A DNA stretch of 64,000 nucleotides from contig ML978124.1 in NCBI GenBank assembly GCA_010015805.1, positions 1,240,001-1,304,000 of the forward strand, written 5' to 3'. Shown in pieces: positions 1 through 14,063 of the stretch (within the stretch, counting starts at the first letter, position 1; every line of letters starts with the position of its first letter). The notes under the pieces are model-generated. The model was not told the origin of the DNA. It did not search any database and saw only the letters and a list, made by a program, of their open reading frames with translations. The translations under genes were made by a program, and so were the position numbers. The stretch comes from Rhizodiscina lignyota (Eukaryota).

Positions 1-861
1 GACTGCGAGGGATGATATGGAGATCTTTTAAAGCAGCTATGTAATACAGAATAAGTCAGTTCCGTAGCTGACAGAAGTGACGTTTTATGGGTAGGGATGC
101 GTACCTAGAGACCGAAATCTAAAGTTGAAGGTGGCGAAGGGCTTCTCCCATGGATCGATCTGTTGAGAATTCCAGACAGTGCAAGGGTTGGTGGGCATCT
201 TTTCTTCGAAGCTAAGGATCTGTAAGCAATTTCGAAACGCCTTTAAACGGGCCAATCTTACGTGGCGCGATGGGAGATCGCGCTCCCTTTTAACGCTTTC
301 TCTGGGACGACTCCCACATCGTTGAGATATCCACTTGGTATTCCAGGCATGACCTTCTTGACCTTCTTCACTCGCCAGAAGCGGACAGAGATAACACCCA
401 GTGATTGGATTTTAACCTTCTCGCGCTCGGTGATTTTGCGGACATCCCCGTCGTCTGTATATGTCAGAAAAAACACAATGGAAGTGACTCTGGATAATTA
501 ACTCACCTATTTCGAGCTTGGAGAAGAGGTATTTCCTCAGGACCCATTCCCCTTTCTCGTAACGGTGGGCGCCATTCTGGATGATGTCCTTACCGCTGGT
601 AAGATCGTCTTCTGACCAGAGAATACTATCGACCTCTTCTCCGTCAATATAGATATGTACAGCGATGGCATATTGTGCGTATGGGAACCAGCGTGAGATA
701 TTCAAGTGAATTTGAAACCGTTCACCGGATTTTGACTCGATGTATTTGGTTATCGTGTTAGGCTGCTCAGCTTCATCGTCATCGATGTTATACTCCTTGA
801 GAATGCGCCCTCCAGACATAATGTCCACGCGCACGCCAGTCATGGTGGGGAATATCGCCAT
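1..861 (-). CDS. Fungal DUF7918-like hypothetical protein, 3'-partial (runs off the left edge), spliced
   Basis: ORFs 412..861 and 258..476 join through intron 455-506 (GTGAGT...CTGAC...CAG). Motifs TKYIES.SGERF, VPEKALKG.AISH, PFATFNFRFRS and ALKDLHIIPR are recalled as typical of this family. Confidence 0.7.
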
Positions 862-1401
862 GCTGCGAGCTTCATACGGCGTAGAGGTAACTTGTTGAGG
901 TGAGAGGGGAAGCCCGCACTCGAAAGTAGAGTAAGGCTTTGAAGTTGATGAAAGATAGAGTCAAGAGTTTTTTTTGATGCGAGGTACGCAAAAGAGTAAA
1001 GAGAGCCGTCAAAATAAGTGAAGAAGTTGGTCCCCCGATGCTAAGCCGTGTTTGGCACCGTGCGCCTTCCTCTCCTGCCCAGCCCAGTGCAAAGAACAAG
1101 TTAGAATTATGCTGAAGAGTCATGTAATTAACAAAATAGAGCCGTTAAGGGCCACTATGAGGCGACTCTCAATTCTGGTAATGAGCATCTCAAGCTCGAT
1201 GCAAGCGGCCATGGCTAAGCATAAGGAAACATCGTCATACGTTACTGTGTACGCCGAAAAAGTCATGCGCCCAATTCCTGGTATCGCAGCCAACCTGAAT
1301 GCAATTCGCCGTCCATTCTATGCAGATGCTTCCCATCAGAAACAATAGAAACCTTTGACGTGTTCTTCTTCCTCCGTGTTCTCTCTTTTCCCTTACTTCT
1401 A

Positions 1402-2434
1402 TTACCATGGTCCGACGCGCACAGGCGAGGAGCCTAGACCATACGTTCCGTTCAGCAACTGTTGTCGTATGGACATGCCATCTCCTTGACCCGCGCCAAG
1501 CTGTCCTGGGAAGCCACCTCCGCTCATCCATCCCAGGCTGCTCTTCAGCTCGTTCACCGCGTCCTCCATCTTGCCACCGCTCATTTCATTGTGCCTCGCA
1601 ATCTTCTGGTCCCATCCACCGTTCAGCAGCTGGATGCCGCCTCCTCGCTTCGCGGCCTCTCGAACAACCACTGCCCATGCCTTGGCCACCTCCTCGTAAG
1701 CCTCAGCCTTGTGCCGGCTGTGTGCGAAGCTGTCCCACTCTGGTAGTCGATGAATGACCTCTGTAGCGTGGTCAAGGTAGTTCAGACTCGTGCTTGTCTG
1801 CGGCTCATTCGGGGGAAGGAAGTGTGGTGTGTAGTCTTTTAGCGCATCGAGTAGCTGCATCAGAGGCTGCCGCACACGGTTGTAAGCATAATCGGATGAC
1901 TGAGAGCCACCGAACGGAAACGCCTTGCGTAGCTCTGCCTCGTAGTTGTGAAGGATCGAGACAACAGAAGATACCGAAGGGCGAGGAGCGAGAGACACAA
2001 CTGACTGTGTCATTTCGGGGTGCCGCTCGACAATCTGGCGGAGGAGCGTGCGGGTTTCGGCGAGATCGAGCGTCTCCAATAGACGTGGGACAGACAAAGG
2101 TCTGCCTATGAGGTTGGTTCGTAGACGTTTCGGCGTTCGAGAGGAAGAGCTGTGGTGCGTAGGCAAGGACTGGTTGGGTATCGACGGCGAGCTCAACGGA
2201 GAGGCCGACATGCGCATATCGTTGTCTCCTTCATCGTCCGCTTTTCGCTTCCTGCTGCCCGTCATGCTGGGCGATGGCGTGTTGAATACTGTTGTGAGAT
2301 TGTTAGCCTCAGCTTGCGTGCGTCCGGGCCGTTCGAAGCCCCTCTTCTTCCTTGCAGCTTGGCTGATACTTACCTCCCAAAGATCTCGTTGGCGAGCGGC
2401 GAAAGTGCGAGGGTGTCGCTAAAATGCTGGTCAT
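1402..2434 (-). CDS. STS1: Tethering factor for nuclear proteasome Sts1/Cut8
   Basis: GSRKRKAD NLS, GRPLSVPRLLETLD and YAYNRVR motifs. A 61-nt first exon (2434-2374) and intron 2373-2289 (GTAAGT..GCTAAC..CAG) extend ORF 1402..2265 in frame. Confidence 0.9.
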
Positions 2435-2943
2435 ATCTCGTGTGGCGGAGGAGTAAGTAGAAGGCAGGTCGGCGTTTGTCGCCGAAGATGAAGAAGAATG
2501 GGTGTTGGTGGTTGCTTGGGAGTGGGTTACAAAGAGCGGTGCGTTGGCGCTGGTTAGCGTGAGGTTTACGGAAGCCGACCGAGGAGTGGTGGCCACTGAC
2601 CAGGCAGTGGCTTGATAGGCCCGTGCCACATCACGAATCACGCAGAAAAGTTTGTGTGGAGCTGTCACAAATAAATGGTGAGACGGCCCAGAAAGCCGAA
2701 AGCTAGTGAATAATAAGAAAGCGAAGTGTCACTGGCTGGTGCATGCCATGTTTGTAGCAACACTTGTGCAAAAGTTGTGTGGCAAGCCATCAAAATACAC
2801 TTTAAGCTATCACTTCGGCTCCCCTTGTCTCAAGATTGATTACCAACGCTTCTGGTCAATGCTTAGATTCCCTATTGTACAATGTACATTGCTTCATGCG
2901 AGCGAGTATCGCTGCGCTTTCTGCACAGGCCGTGGCCTATCGA

Positions 2944-5900
2944 CTACAAGTACAGAGATTGGGCAGCAACGATATCGCGCTTGACCTTTGCTAAAGCCTC
3001 GTCGAACTTCTTCTCTAGTTCCTCACTTCCCATGACCTTCGAAGCTTGAGCCATCTGGCGGAGAAGCTCCTCCAAGCGCCTGAATAGACGAATGATGTTG
3101 CCCTCATACACGTCGGTCATTTTGCTGCACGGCAAAGTTAGCTGGTTTCACCATATGTAGGTAATATCGGAAGCTTACCATATCTCCGCGAAGCTTGCTC
3201 CCTTCGTCCACGCATACACCACCTCCATCAACTGATGCTTAAACTTCTTCACGTATTCGTCTTCGATTTCCGGCACCTTGCTTTCCACGCTAACCTTGGC
3301 GATGACTCTTGCCTGTGCCTGAATCTCTCTAAATGGCTTGGACAACTCTTCCTTCAGCGTCGGCTCTTCTTTGGTGTTCTCCTCACAGATGAAGACACTC
3401 AGGCAAGCAGCGCACTGCTCAGGCGAGAGTTCGTTGAAGAATCGATTGAAGAGAAGCTCGGAGAGCACCAACTCGTCACCAGTAGATATCACACAAGCCA
3501 CACGCGCCTTGATTTGAACAACGTCTGCGTCGTTGATGAATCCGAGACGGCGCAGGACGCGCTTGCGGTTTTTGAGTTCATCAAGTTGCATAATAGAGAG
3601 GGCTTTGGTGATGTTCTTCTTGATGTTCCTAATTTTGTTCGTGAGCTCCACCTTGGTGGCGTACAGATTGTACAAGGTTGCCAGCCGGGGCGAGTTGTGC
3701 AACGGATTGGAAAGTAACCGCGACTCGAATATCTCGATCTTACGCAGAAGGTTCTTGAAGGAATCGTCCATGATGCCCATGTTCTCGATCGGATCGAGAA
3801 TTGCCATGCCATCAGGGAAGCGTCTCTTGACCTCCTCCAACGCTTTGCGCACTGTATTTTTTCGCTCTGGCGATTTCAGATCCTCCGGCAGGAAGATTCG
3901 AATATGGCCGATCGAATCGATGCAAGAAAGGAGAACAGGAATGACTTCCATCTTGCTCTTCTCACCAGGCCCTGGTGGTCGTACACCAGGAGGGAGTTCT
4001 GAATTTGCTTGAGTTCCAACCGTAGAGTCGCTCGCGACTGACAGAAGAACGTTAACGACATACGATTGCTGAGGCGTTATGGTCGAATCTTCTTGAACTT
4101 TTGTGTCTCTTTTCTTCCAGTCCACGACAGCTCCCCAGCCAAAGTCATAATCCTTGTACTTGATTTTAATTAAACGACCAGACTGCAAAAACCGCAGGCA
4201 GTAGTTCGGATGGGTAATGACTTCGCGCATGTCTTTCGTGTAGGTGTCAAGTGACTTGCGGAGCTCGTAATAGTCCTTTACGGAGCCCTCGTCAGGGATT
4301 TCCATAGCTGCTCGTTCTGCTTCAAGAGCATGCAGTTCCTTTTCCAAACCTGCTACGCTAGCGGTATTCTGGAACTGGTAGAAGCAACGCTCAAGCATGA
4401 ACTCGGGAGAAATGCCTTCTACTCTCATGAGGTTGAGAATCATGTTGTATCCGAGGTGGAATGCTGAGTTGAGCTTATCCTGCTCTCCTCGAACGATTTC
4501 TTTTGCGATGGCAGGCTCAATCTTCTCGTCAACCATCATTATGACAATGCCGCGTTCATCAAGTCCTCGACGACCTGCGCGGCCGGACATTTGGATAAAC
4601 TCTGAGGGAGTGACCCATCGAGTGCTGACGCCATCATATTTTCGCATGCTGGTGAAGACTACCGTCTTCGCTGGCATGTTTAGTCCGATGGAAAAGGTCT
4701 CGGTCGCGAAGAGAACCTTGATTAGACCTTCCTGGAAAAGAATCTCGATTGTCTCCTTCAGAATTGGCAGTAAACCAGCATGATGCACACCAATCCCCCG
4801 ACGAAGAAGTGGAAGAATGTGCTGGATCTGGGGGAGCTCCCTGTCCTCAACTGGCAGAGACGAAATCGCGTTGTCAAAGACTTGGCTAACCAAGTCCTTT
4901 TCTGATTCGCTGTTGAAGGCAAGCTGGCTCATCTGCAGCGCATTTGCCTCACATTCGCGTTTGCTAAAGCTGAAGACGATGACGGGATTGAAGCTCTTCA
5001 GCATGATCATCTTGACGATCTTATAGACGTCCGATATGCCCTTTTTGTTATTGTCCTTGGATTGGCGCTTTCCTTTGCCATTGTGGCCCTTTTCGTCCCT
5101 CCAGTCACCCTTTTCCTTCTCCCCAATCGACGAGATTGCTTTCTGGAAATTTTCTTCACGGAAATGTCCTTTTTCATCGACCACCAAATGTATGCCATCC
5201 GCGCCGGCAGGAAAGAAGTAGTTTTGGAGGGGTGTCGGCCGGAAGTCCGTATACACAACGTGACAAGGTTGACTGTGCGTTTTCGTGATCCACTCAGCAA
5301 ACTGCATAGCATTGGGTATAGTCGCAGAGAGGAAGACATAGCGCACTTTGTCTGGAAGGAGGATGATGGTCTCTTCCCAAACAACACCGCGCGACTTGTC
5401 TCTCAAGTAGTGCACCTCATCGAAAACGACCCATGCGACTTCACGCATGATCTCAGAGCCGCGGTACAGCATCGAGCGAAGGATCTATACCGCATTAGCA
5501 AAACCCTCACGGAACTCCGCCTAGATTCACATACCTCGGTCGTCATAACTAGACAGGTAGCTGTGGGATTAATTGTGACGTCGCCGGTCATCAGTCCCAC
5601 ATCCGCAAACTCAGCTAAGAATTCTCGATACTTTTGATTGCTCAGCGCCTTGATGGGGCTTGTGTAGATGACCCTCTGATTGTTCTGCAGACATTGTGCA
5701 ATCGCATATTCTGCAACCACCGTCTTTCCCGCGCTGGTGTGTGCCGACACAAGAACGCTCTCGTTTCGCTCAATCGATGCGATCGAGACTTGCTGAAAGG
5801 GGTCGAGCGTGAATGGCCATGTCCTCGCAGGCGTCGCGGGAGGCTTGTGTTCGGAAATAGGGACATAATCGTAGTCTGGAGGAAGCGCTACTTGATGTCG

Positions 5901-6248
5901 CACCTGATGCGATAACACAACAGCTGCACTATCTTTCTGCTCTCCCTGTAGGCCAGCCGCCGCTGCGACCTCGCGTGACTGTTCGGTTTCGAAGGTATCG
6001 GCCACAACAGGCTCTGGCTCGGCCTGAAGTCGCTGTTTCTTAGCCGTATGCAAATCCTCGTCATCTTCGGCATCTTGTATATCCATATCATCGTCGACTC
6101 CATTTTCATCCATGCCATCAGGCGTGAGCACCGGTTCTTGGATGCCACTCGGCGATTTGACATCGCCATTTGCCTGACGCTTCTTGCTCGTGTTCGATCT
6201 TTTCGCGCTCTTCGGCGGATCGTCAAAGACGTCGAAAAGCTCGTCCAT
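2944..6248 (-). CDS. MTR4: ATP-dependent RNA helicase Mtr4/Dob1 (Ski2-like DExH)
   Basis: [21 protein letters not shown] and [10 protein letters not shown] motifs, arch insertion, C-terminal [10 protein letters not shown]. Introns at 5485-5534 and ~3125-3178. Confidence 0.96.
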
Positions 6249-6583
6249 GCTGTCAGCTGTTTCGGCGGTGAGAGGGAAAGAAGTCGCAGGCAGGCGATGG
6301 GTGTAAACAACAAAGAAAGGTGTTGTGTGTTGGCGGGTGGAAAAGTTCTAGTGGAGATGGCTTGGCGCGTGTCACTGTCACGTTTCGGTAAATTCCGCAA
6401 CCTGAGCTTGGCTGAGAGCTCGCTCGAGTGGCTCCACTATCTGTTCCACCACGAACTCCTTCCTTCAGACCTTTTGCTCCGCCCCTCTACCTCAACTCAA
6501 GACAGTCGATCAATCCCAGCAAAGTAGGCCCTGACCTTTATTATTGTCTAGATTGATCTTGAGCTGACAATTGCGGTGTTAGC

Positions 6584-6925
6584 ATGCTTGCACGACCTGC
6601 GATTCGGGCCTCCGCGGCCTCATCTCAGATTGCTCGACGCGGCTTCCACACAACCCGAGCTCAATTCGCGTCGCCGTATCACTATCCTGAAGGACCGAGA
6701 AGCAACATTCCCTTCAATCCTCTTACAAAGTACTTCTTCCTCAGATACTGGGGTTTCTGTGGTATGTCACTCGCCACTATTGGAAAGAGGAGCTCTGACT
6801 AAGTCGGATACAGCTGTCGGATTTGGCCTTCCATTTGGCGTTGCATGTATGACATAATAGAAATTCATATCAAAGTAGGACAATGCTGACCTTTTACAGT
6901 CTGGCAAACACATAAGGGTTTCTAA
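6584..6925 (+). CDS. COX8: Cytochrome c oxidase subunit VIIc (yeast Cox8 homologue)
   Basis: Arg-rich presequence, YHYPEGPRSNIPF motif and one TM helix ending FWQTHKGF. Exons 6584-6761, 6814-6846, 6900-6925. Confidence 0.9.
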
Positions 6926-7805
6926 ATGGCGGGAATTGACTTTTATCCGTCGTTAACCATCTTCATTACCTCTTAACATCGGCAACGGGACTACAAAACA
7001 TCCGATAGACAACGCCGAAGAAGACGTCCGACTTGTACAGATTACTCCGAATGCAAAATATCACATGATTGTACTGCAATGTTCATACTTCACGTGCACT
7101 GAGGCTCTAGACGGCTAATTAGTCGAACCGACGAGTAGGAGTTCCCTTGGCAGCCTGCACGACCATTTTCTATATCAGGCAACTTCAAGCACAACATTGA
7201 ACGCCATTCACAAGAAGATTCAACATTGAGGCGCTTCATTCTCTCTGAGAAGAGTTATTCCCTATTGCCACTCACCGCATGGATCTTTAGTGCCTAGTTT
7301 TCTCGGCGTCAGCATTTGCCTCTCAGCAGTGACTTTTTACGATCTTGCCAATCAACATTTCTCAAGCAATCATATCGACTAATCCTTCTCTGTGCCTTTT
7401 GATATTGCACATTCTGCCATATTGGGCCGCCATTACCGCCGTGTCATATTCATCTCCGACTACGCAAGTAAATTTCATTCAGGGCAAAGATTGAAAATAA
7501 TTAATTTACCGATGACGTTAGTATGCAACGGTATGACGAATCGACGTCGTCGAGGAAGGTAAATACTTTTCTCGATGTAATTCTTCGTATTTCGCGGCCG
7601 CGCTGAGACAGACTTTCTTACGTGAGGTCGCCGAGATGGTTTTAATTATACCCTTTGAAGATGAAGCGGCTTTCATACGGCATTCCATTCATACCGCTTT
7701 TAGCCGCGCGGCGTACGAATTGCTGACCCAGTTTGGGTAACATTCCAGGTCGCGTATGAAATATAAAGTGCGTTCGCTACGCATGTCGAGACAGTCAGCG
7801 TCACC

Positions 7806-9383
7806 ATGGCTGAACATCGCAAACTTCAGGTTGGCATAGTCGGCGCGGGAGTTGCAGGCCTGGCGGCCGCCATTGCTCTCGCCCGAACCGGTCACCATGT
7901 CCAAATCTTCGAAAAATCGAGTTTCAAAAACGAAATCGGCGCGGCAATTACTCTGTCACCGAACGCGAATCTGATACTTGAGCGCTGGGGGTTTGATTTC
8001 AAGGCTGCCGGGGAGACCGCAAAATGCCAGTTCCGCAGGTTGCACTGGAAAACTATGAACCTTGAGTTTCAAGACTCGTTCGATCACGTTCAAGCGAAAT
8101 ACGGCCATGCGTTCAACGCATTCCACCGTGTTGATCTCCACAGGGAGATGAGGAGGATTGCGGAGGACAAACTCGGAGTTCAGATTAACTTGGGTTCACA
8201 CGTCAAAAAGATTGACTGCCCCACAGGCACATTGATGTTGGAAGATGGGAGAGAGATCCAAAACGATCTTGTTGTAGTTGCGGATGGAGTAAAGGTGAGT
8301 GTCGCCTACGTTACGACTTACGAGACCTGACCATATTCGCCAGAGCCAATTCGTCCAGGCAATCACAGGCAGAGATTTGCCTTTCACTCAGACCAATCGA
8401 TCAGTTTTCAGGACAATCATCCCGATGGAAAGGCTCATGGAAGATGAAAAGATTCGACCAGTCCTCGAAAATGAGCCGTCAGGCTTCGTTACGTCGGCTT
8501 TGGGAGCGGGTCAAGACGCATTCTTCGTGACTTATCCCTGCAGAGATGATAAGTTGATGAACATCGCCATCTTCCATCCCACGCGACCCCACCTAAAGTC
8601 TGCTGAAGGCAAGCTACTTTGTCATGAAGCTGTGACCATGAGATCTGACATTTCGATTAGGCTGGTCCGCACCGGCAACGCTGGAGGACGTAGATGATGT
8701 TATATCAGACTTCCACCCTGTCTGGCGGGCTATTGCTAGGTATGCATACTGTTGTTGCGAATTATGTCAGACGGCAACACAGACCTAACTGTATTTTTAG
8801 CAAAGCTGATTCTTACAATGTCTACCGCGTAGAGCACCGAAACGAAGTCAACCAAATGGTGAATGGAAGGGCATGCATCATCGGTGATGCTGCGCATGCC
8901 ATGATGCCGAGTAAGGCTCCATCTGAGGCGGCGAGGTTCAGTGTCGCTAAGCATGGTGTAAATATAGCCTACGCACAAGGTGGCTGCATGGCACTGGAGG
9001 ATGCCGCCGCTCTTGAGGTGCTCATGGCAGACGTCAATCCCGAAAAGGACCTCGAAACACGACTCAAGCTGTTCGAGCAACTTCGACTACCCCGATGCGC
9101 AACAACCCAAGCGCTCAGCAACCATACCTGGGGAAACACGTTTAGGGATGGGTTCAGCCAGCGCATACAGCAACAGTTCCAGCACCTCCTGCCGCCTCCG
9201 GGCTTAAACTCTTTTTCGTCGCCATGGAGGGATTTCTTTTACTCGTATAATATTTACGAGGAGGCTGAGAAGGCCCTCAAATACAAGGAGATTGATAGCG
9301 TCCCTGACGGGGTCTTGAAGTGGTTCGGTCTGAACGCAGTCGACGGGCAATCAAATGGAATCCAGTCGACTGTCGTGCACTGA
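7806..9383 (+). CDS. FAD-dependent monooxygenase (salicylate hydroxylase-like, group A)
   Basis: IVGAGVAGLAAA dinucleotide-binding motif, VVADGV and IIGDAAHAMMP(T)YAQGG...LEDA motifs. Introns 8295-8343, 8609-8660 (GC-AG), 8740-8800, 8911-8967. Confidence 0.88.
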
Positions 9384-9957
9384 GTGGGATTGAATGTCAA
9401 TCTCCTCTTTCTTCCTATGCAATTTGGTTTGCCTGCTTGACTTTTCTTAATTACGTGCCTCTTCATCAAGTCCCGGAGTAAGGCGCTTGACAAATACCTC
9501 GACAAGTTCAATGGAGGCATTGCTCAAGAGCAGATAGTGGAGAACAACTGACTACGACTTGCTTGAATAGCTTGCTTCCCAATCAGCCCTTTACCACGTA
9601 CAGAGGAAATCAGCATTGGTACACTCGAATTGGCGAATTGGTTGGACTTGTTGAAGCTTACATACATGGAGTACATGATCCGTTGAGCTACGTGATCCAT
9701 CGCACCGATGGTGGAGTGCTCTTTGATAGTGATACAATACCATGTGCAACGTGTATTGAATGTATTCAATCGAATAAATCTATTGTATATTAATTGCGAG
9801 GTTTCCTCTTGTTAAAATAATGTGCGTTATCCGAATTAGGAATAGCGTGGTGTTAGCGTCATTAAATGTTCTTCAGGCCAAACTTTTAACACCCATGTAA
9901 AGCAATTTATTGTGATCGTTGCAACCAACTTGAGGATGATAACGATTGATTCTAATC

Positions 9958-12900
9958 ATGAAGAACCTACGGAATATCGGTTGCTCGGTGGTTGATTTTT
10001 CCGCGACGACACCACTGCCTTTGAGTGCAGTGGCTTGGGACACGTCTAATGACTCCCTGATATGTGCCTTTGGACCCTCTGAAGAAGACGCTGGTATAGA
10101 GTTGAAAAGGATCCCACCAGCTGCGGGGCCGGAGGAGTTCTCAGTCATTGCTGCATGGGATGCACCTTGTCCCAATTCTGCTCTTCCTCATGACAGGATC
10201 TTATGCCTCCAGCACTTCCCTGATTCATCAACCACATGCGTGGTGTTGGCTGGGGGAGACATCATTGCTGTCAGAGAAGAGCCTTTGCCAAATGAAGAAC
10301 AAGTTGAGATTGTTGGCTCGGTGGATGCCGGCATCGCTGCGGCCGCCTGGTCACCGGACGAAGAGCTTCTTGCAATCGTCACAGCGGCAGATACTCTTAT
10401 CTTTATGACCAGGCATTTCGAGAGCACTATCAACGTTACCTTCAGCTTAGATGACGTTAAAGTTTCTAACCACGTCTCCGTCGGATGGGGAAAAGCGGAG
10501 ACCCAATTCAAAGGCAAAAGAGCAAAGGCTTTACGAGACCCCACTGTCCCTGAACATGTAGATGAGGGCCTGCTAAGTGCACTGGACGATGGAAACGTAT
10601 CAGTCAGTTGGCGAGGTGACGGCATGTATCTCGCAGTCAACGCGATCGAAGGGAAGGCGAGGAGGATGATTCGAGTGTACTCGAGGGAGGGCGTGCTCGA
10701 CAGCGTCAGCGAGCCAGTCGACTATTTAGAAGGTCCATTATCTTGGAGGCCCGCTGGGAATCTTATCACTGGCATACAACGTCTCGAAGGAAACTTGCGT
10801 GTCGTTTTCTTCGAGCGTAATGGCCTGCGCCATGGCGAATTCGACCTTCGAATGGATGGCTCGTATGAACCTCACAATGAAATGGCTAGAGTCATCGCAC
10901 TTCAATGGAACGTGGACTCTTCGGTTCTTGCTGTTTGCTTCTCACAGAGGATTCAGCTCTGGACGATGGGAAACTACCACTATTACCTCAAACAAGATAT
11001 ATCCCTCGTTCACAGCAAGGCCCCTTGGCTCGCTCTTTCCTGGCACCCAGAGAAGCCGCTTAGATTAACAGCATTTGAAGAATGTATGTACTCCGTTACA
11101 TTGATACTTGCTAAGCTAAATCTAACGTCTGCTTTAGATGCTCTTCAACGACGGGATTTTGCAGCCACAGTGGTCTCGGGGCCAACATGCCCGCCAAATG
11201 ATTTTGGAATCACCGCAGTGATCGATGGGAGTAAGTCTTCCGCTACCTAAATAGGAGCTCTTACTCATAACGTCGATAGAAAACCTCAAGCTTACCCCTC
11301 TACGTTGTGCCAATGTTCCGCCTCCGATGTCATTACATGACATATCGGTGCCCAGAGAAATCATACACGCAGCAATCGACATGTCGGGTACTCTAATTAG
11401 TGTCCTAACAAGTTACGAAGCGTTGGTATATCGTTACAATCCCAGTACGATCCCAGTAGCTCCGCCAGAACTGGAAATGACTTTCCGGATTCCAAAGGAC
11501 TTGGAACATGTCGTCCTCCGCCAGATTGCTTTCAACAAGGGCAATACTCCATTGCTGCTAGCATATGATCTTCATACAAAATCCGACAGAATAGTGTCAT
11601 TGGACGAACGGGAGGACTTGCAGATGCAGGTAGAATCAGCAACTGCCCTAACGGTGGCCCAACCGTCTGGAGAGGTATACGTCCACCTGAGCGACGGCAA
11701 TCTAATCCCTTGCCACTCAGTCGTTCCTGAGGACATCAATGGCTCTTCAATTCGAAGACAAATATGCCTTCCAGCTTCAGCAATTCAGTCTGAAATCGTC
11801 GAAGTCGATGAAGAGCTCGTTACATTTGGACTTACCGCTGGTGGCGCACTCTATGCCAACGATCGGCTACTGGCCCGAAGCTGTACCTCAATGATCACAA
11901 CGCTCACGCATCTCATTTTCACAACAAGCCAACATCTTCTGAAGTTTGTGCATATGACGTCTGTGAGCGAGCTGGAAGTCCCTCCTGATGCTCCGGAAAC
12001 CGATGAGAGATGCCGTAGCATCGAGCGTGGTGCTCGCTTGGTAACTGCTATACCGTCGACATATAGCGTAGTGCTGCAGATGCCTCGAGGTAATCTGGAG
12101 ACGATCTATCCGAGAGCACTGGTACTTGCGAGCATAAGGCGAAGCATTGCGAAAGGCGACTATCGAAATGCGTTCATGACTTGCCGGAGTCAAAGAGTTG
12201 ACATGAATATTCTACATGATCACGATCCTGACAGATTCATGAAATCTGTGGGAGAGTTTATCCATCAAGTCAAGAAGTCGGAGTACATTGACCTGTTCCT
12301 GTCATCTCTGAGGCAAGTTGCTGTTCCCACGCACAGACATATTTCCGCTGACTACCAATAGGGATGAAGACGTTTCAATCACAATGTATAAGGAGACATT
12401 ACGGAAAGCGCCTCCTTCCGCTGAGCTCGACGCTGCAAATGGAACTGTACTATTACACAACGGATCCACTACTGCATCTCCCTCCGTTCACTCGAAAGTA
12501 AATCGCATATGTGATGCTTTCCTCGCTGAGCTGGAATCTCAGTCCACCAAACATCTCCGCAATATCATCACCGCTCATGTGTGCAAGTCACCACCTGACC
12601 TTGCGGCAGGTCTGAGTGTTGTCGCAAATCTCCGTCCGCAGAACCAAGATCTCGCGGAACGCGCCGCTGAGCACATCTGCTTCCTCGCCGACGTAAACAG
12701 GCTCTACGACGAAGCACTCGGGTTATATGACCTCGATCTCACCTTACTCATCGCGCAACAGTCACAGAAAGACCCCCGCGAATATCTACCTTATCTGCAG
12801 AGCCTCCAAGAGCAGGCGGATCTCAGGCGAAAGTTCAACATCGACAATGATCTAGGTCGTTACTCGAAGGCGCTAAACCACCTCCACGCAATTGGCGACT

Positions 12901-14051
12901 TCGAGGAACTCCAGCGCTACGTCCAGAAGCATGAGCTATATTCCGCAGCTATCGATCTCTACCGATACCAGGAGCAAAAGATGAATGATCTCATGAAACT
13001 CTACGCAGACTTCCTCAGCAATAGGAATAGGTTCAAAGAAGCAGGCATATCATACGAGTTTCTTTCTGACTACTCGTCCGCGAGCGAAGCATACCGACAG
13101 GCTGGTATGTGGCGCGAAGCACTCTCCTCCGCAACGCTCGCTCCTGAAGGCATCGTCAACGTCGAAGCACTGGGAACGGACCTTGCGGCGACATGCGAGG
13201 AAACAAAGGACTTCTACTCGGCAGCCATGATCACATGGAATTACCAAAGCAACCCAGAAGAAGCAGTAAAGATGTTCTGCAAAGGCTACCACTTTTCTGA
13301 TGCTATACGGCTCGTCGGTCTCACGCGCCAGCCCTCCTGGCTTGAGACCCTCATTGACCCAGGTCTCATCGATGCCGCAGCTAGCATGAGCGAAATGCTC
13401 GGCGAGTGCCGGGAGCAGCTCCGTCACCAGGTTCCACGTCTGCGTGAGCTTCGCGAAAAGAAGGCATCTGATCCTCTTGCGTTCTTCGACGGCGGCGCAG
13501 GCGGAGGAGAAGATGTCCCGGATGATATGAGCATTGCACCGACGGAAGCGAGTACGAGTGGCGGGACGTTCATGACTCGTTATACAGGCCGGAATTCGGG
13601 CACGATCAATACGGCGACAAGCCGAAAGACAAGCAAGAATCGGAGAAGGGAGGAGCGCAAGAGGGCGAGGGGTAAGAAGGGGACGGTTTATGAAGAGGAG
13701 TATTTGGTCAATTCGATTGCGAGATTGATCGAGCGGGTCAATGGGGTAAAGGATGAGGTTAGGCGGTTAGTGGAAGGGCTCGTCAGGAGGAGGATGAGAG
13801 AGAGGGCAGTTGCGGTTGAGACGTTGATGGCGGAGGTAGTGGATGGTTGCAGAGCATGTATCGATGAGGTTTTCCAGGTTGAGAAGAAAGCTGCGCCTGA
13901 AGGTGAGGACGAGAATGGCTTAGGGGACAGGCCAGTGGGCGCCGATGGTGTGCTCTGGGATAGTCTGGACACTATGGGGAGGAAGAGAGAGCCGCCTCTT
14001 GTGAAGGAGTTTGGGAGGCTCTCACTATTGGGCTCCAAGGTGACAAAATAG
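9958..14051 (+). CDS. ELP1: Elongator complex protein 1 (IKI3/ELP1)
   Basis: MKNLRNI start, VSVGWGKAETQFKGK, FFERNGLRHGEF, LQMPRGNLETIYPR and RRREERKRARGKKGTVYEEEY. Introns 11084-11137, 11231-11279, 12313-12361 (GC-AG). Confidence 0.96.
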
Positions 14052-14063
14052 TTGGCAGCGTCG

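Noticed and set aside
3235..6527. Long antisense or alternate-frame ORFs over MTR4 (and similar ones over ELP1, ACO2, MEF2, VPS17)
   Set aside because: Shadow ORFs expected from the codon bias of the real genes.
9460..9793. Short ORF fragments between the monooxygenase and ELP1
   Set aside because: Stop-interrupted with no family recognised; cannot be supported as a gene or pseudogene.
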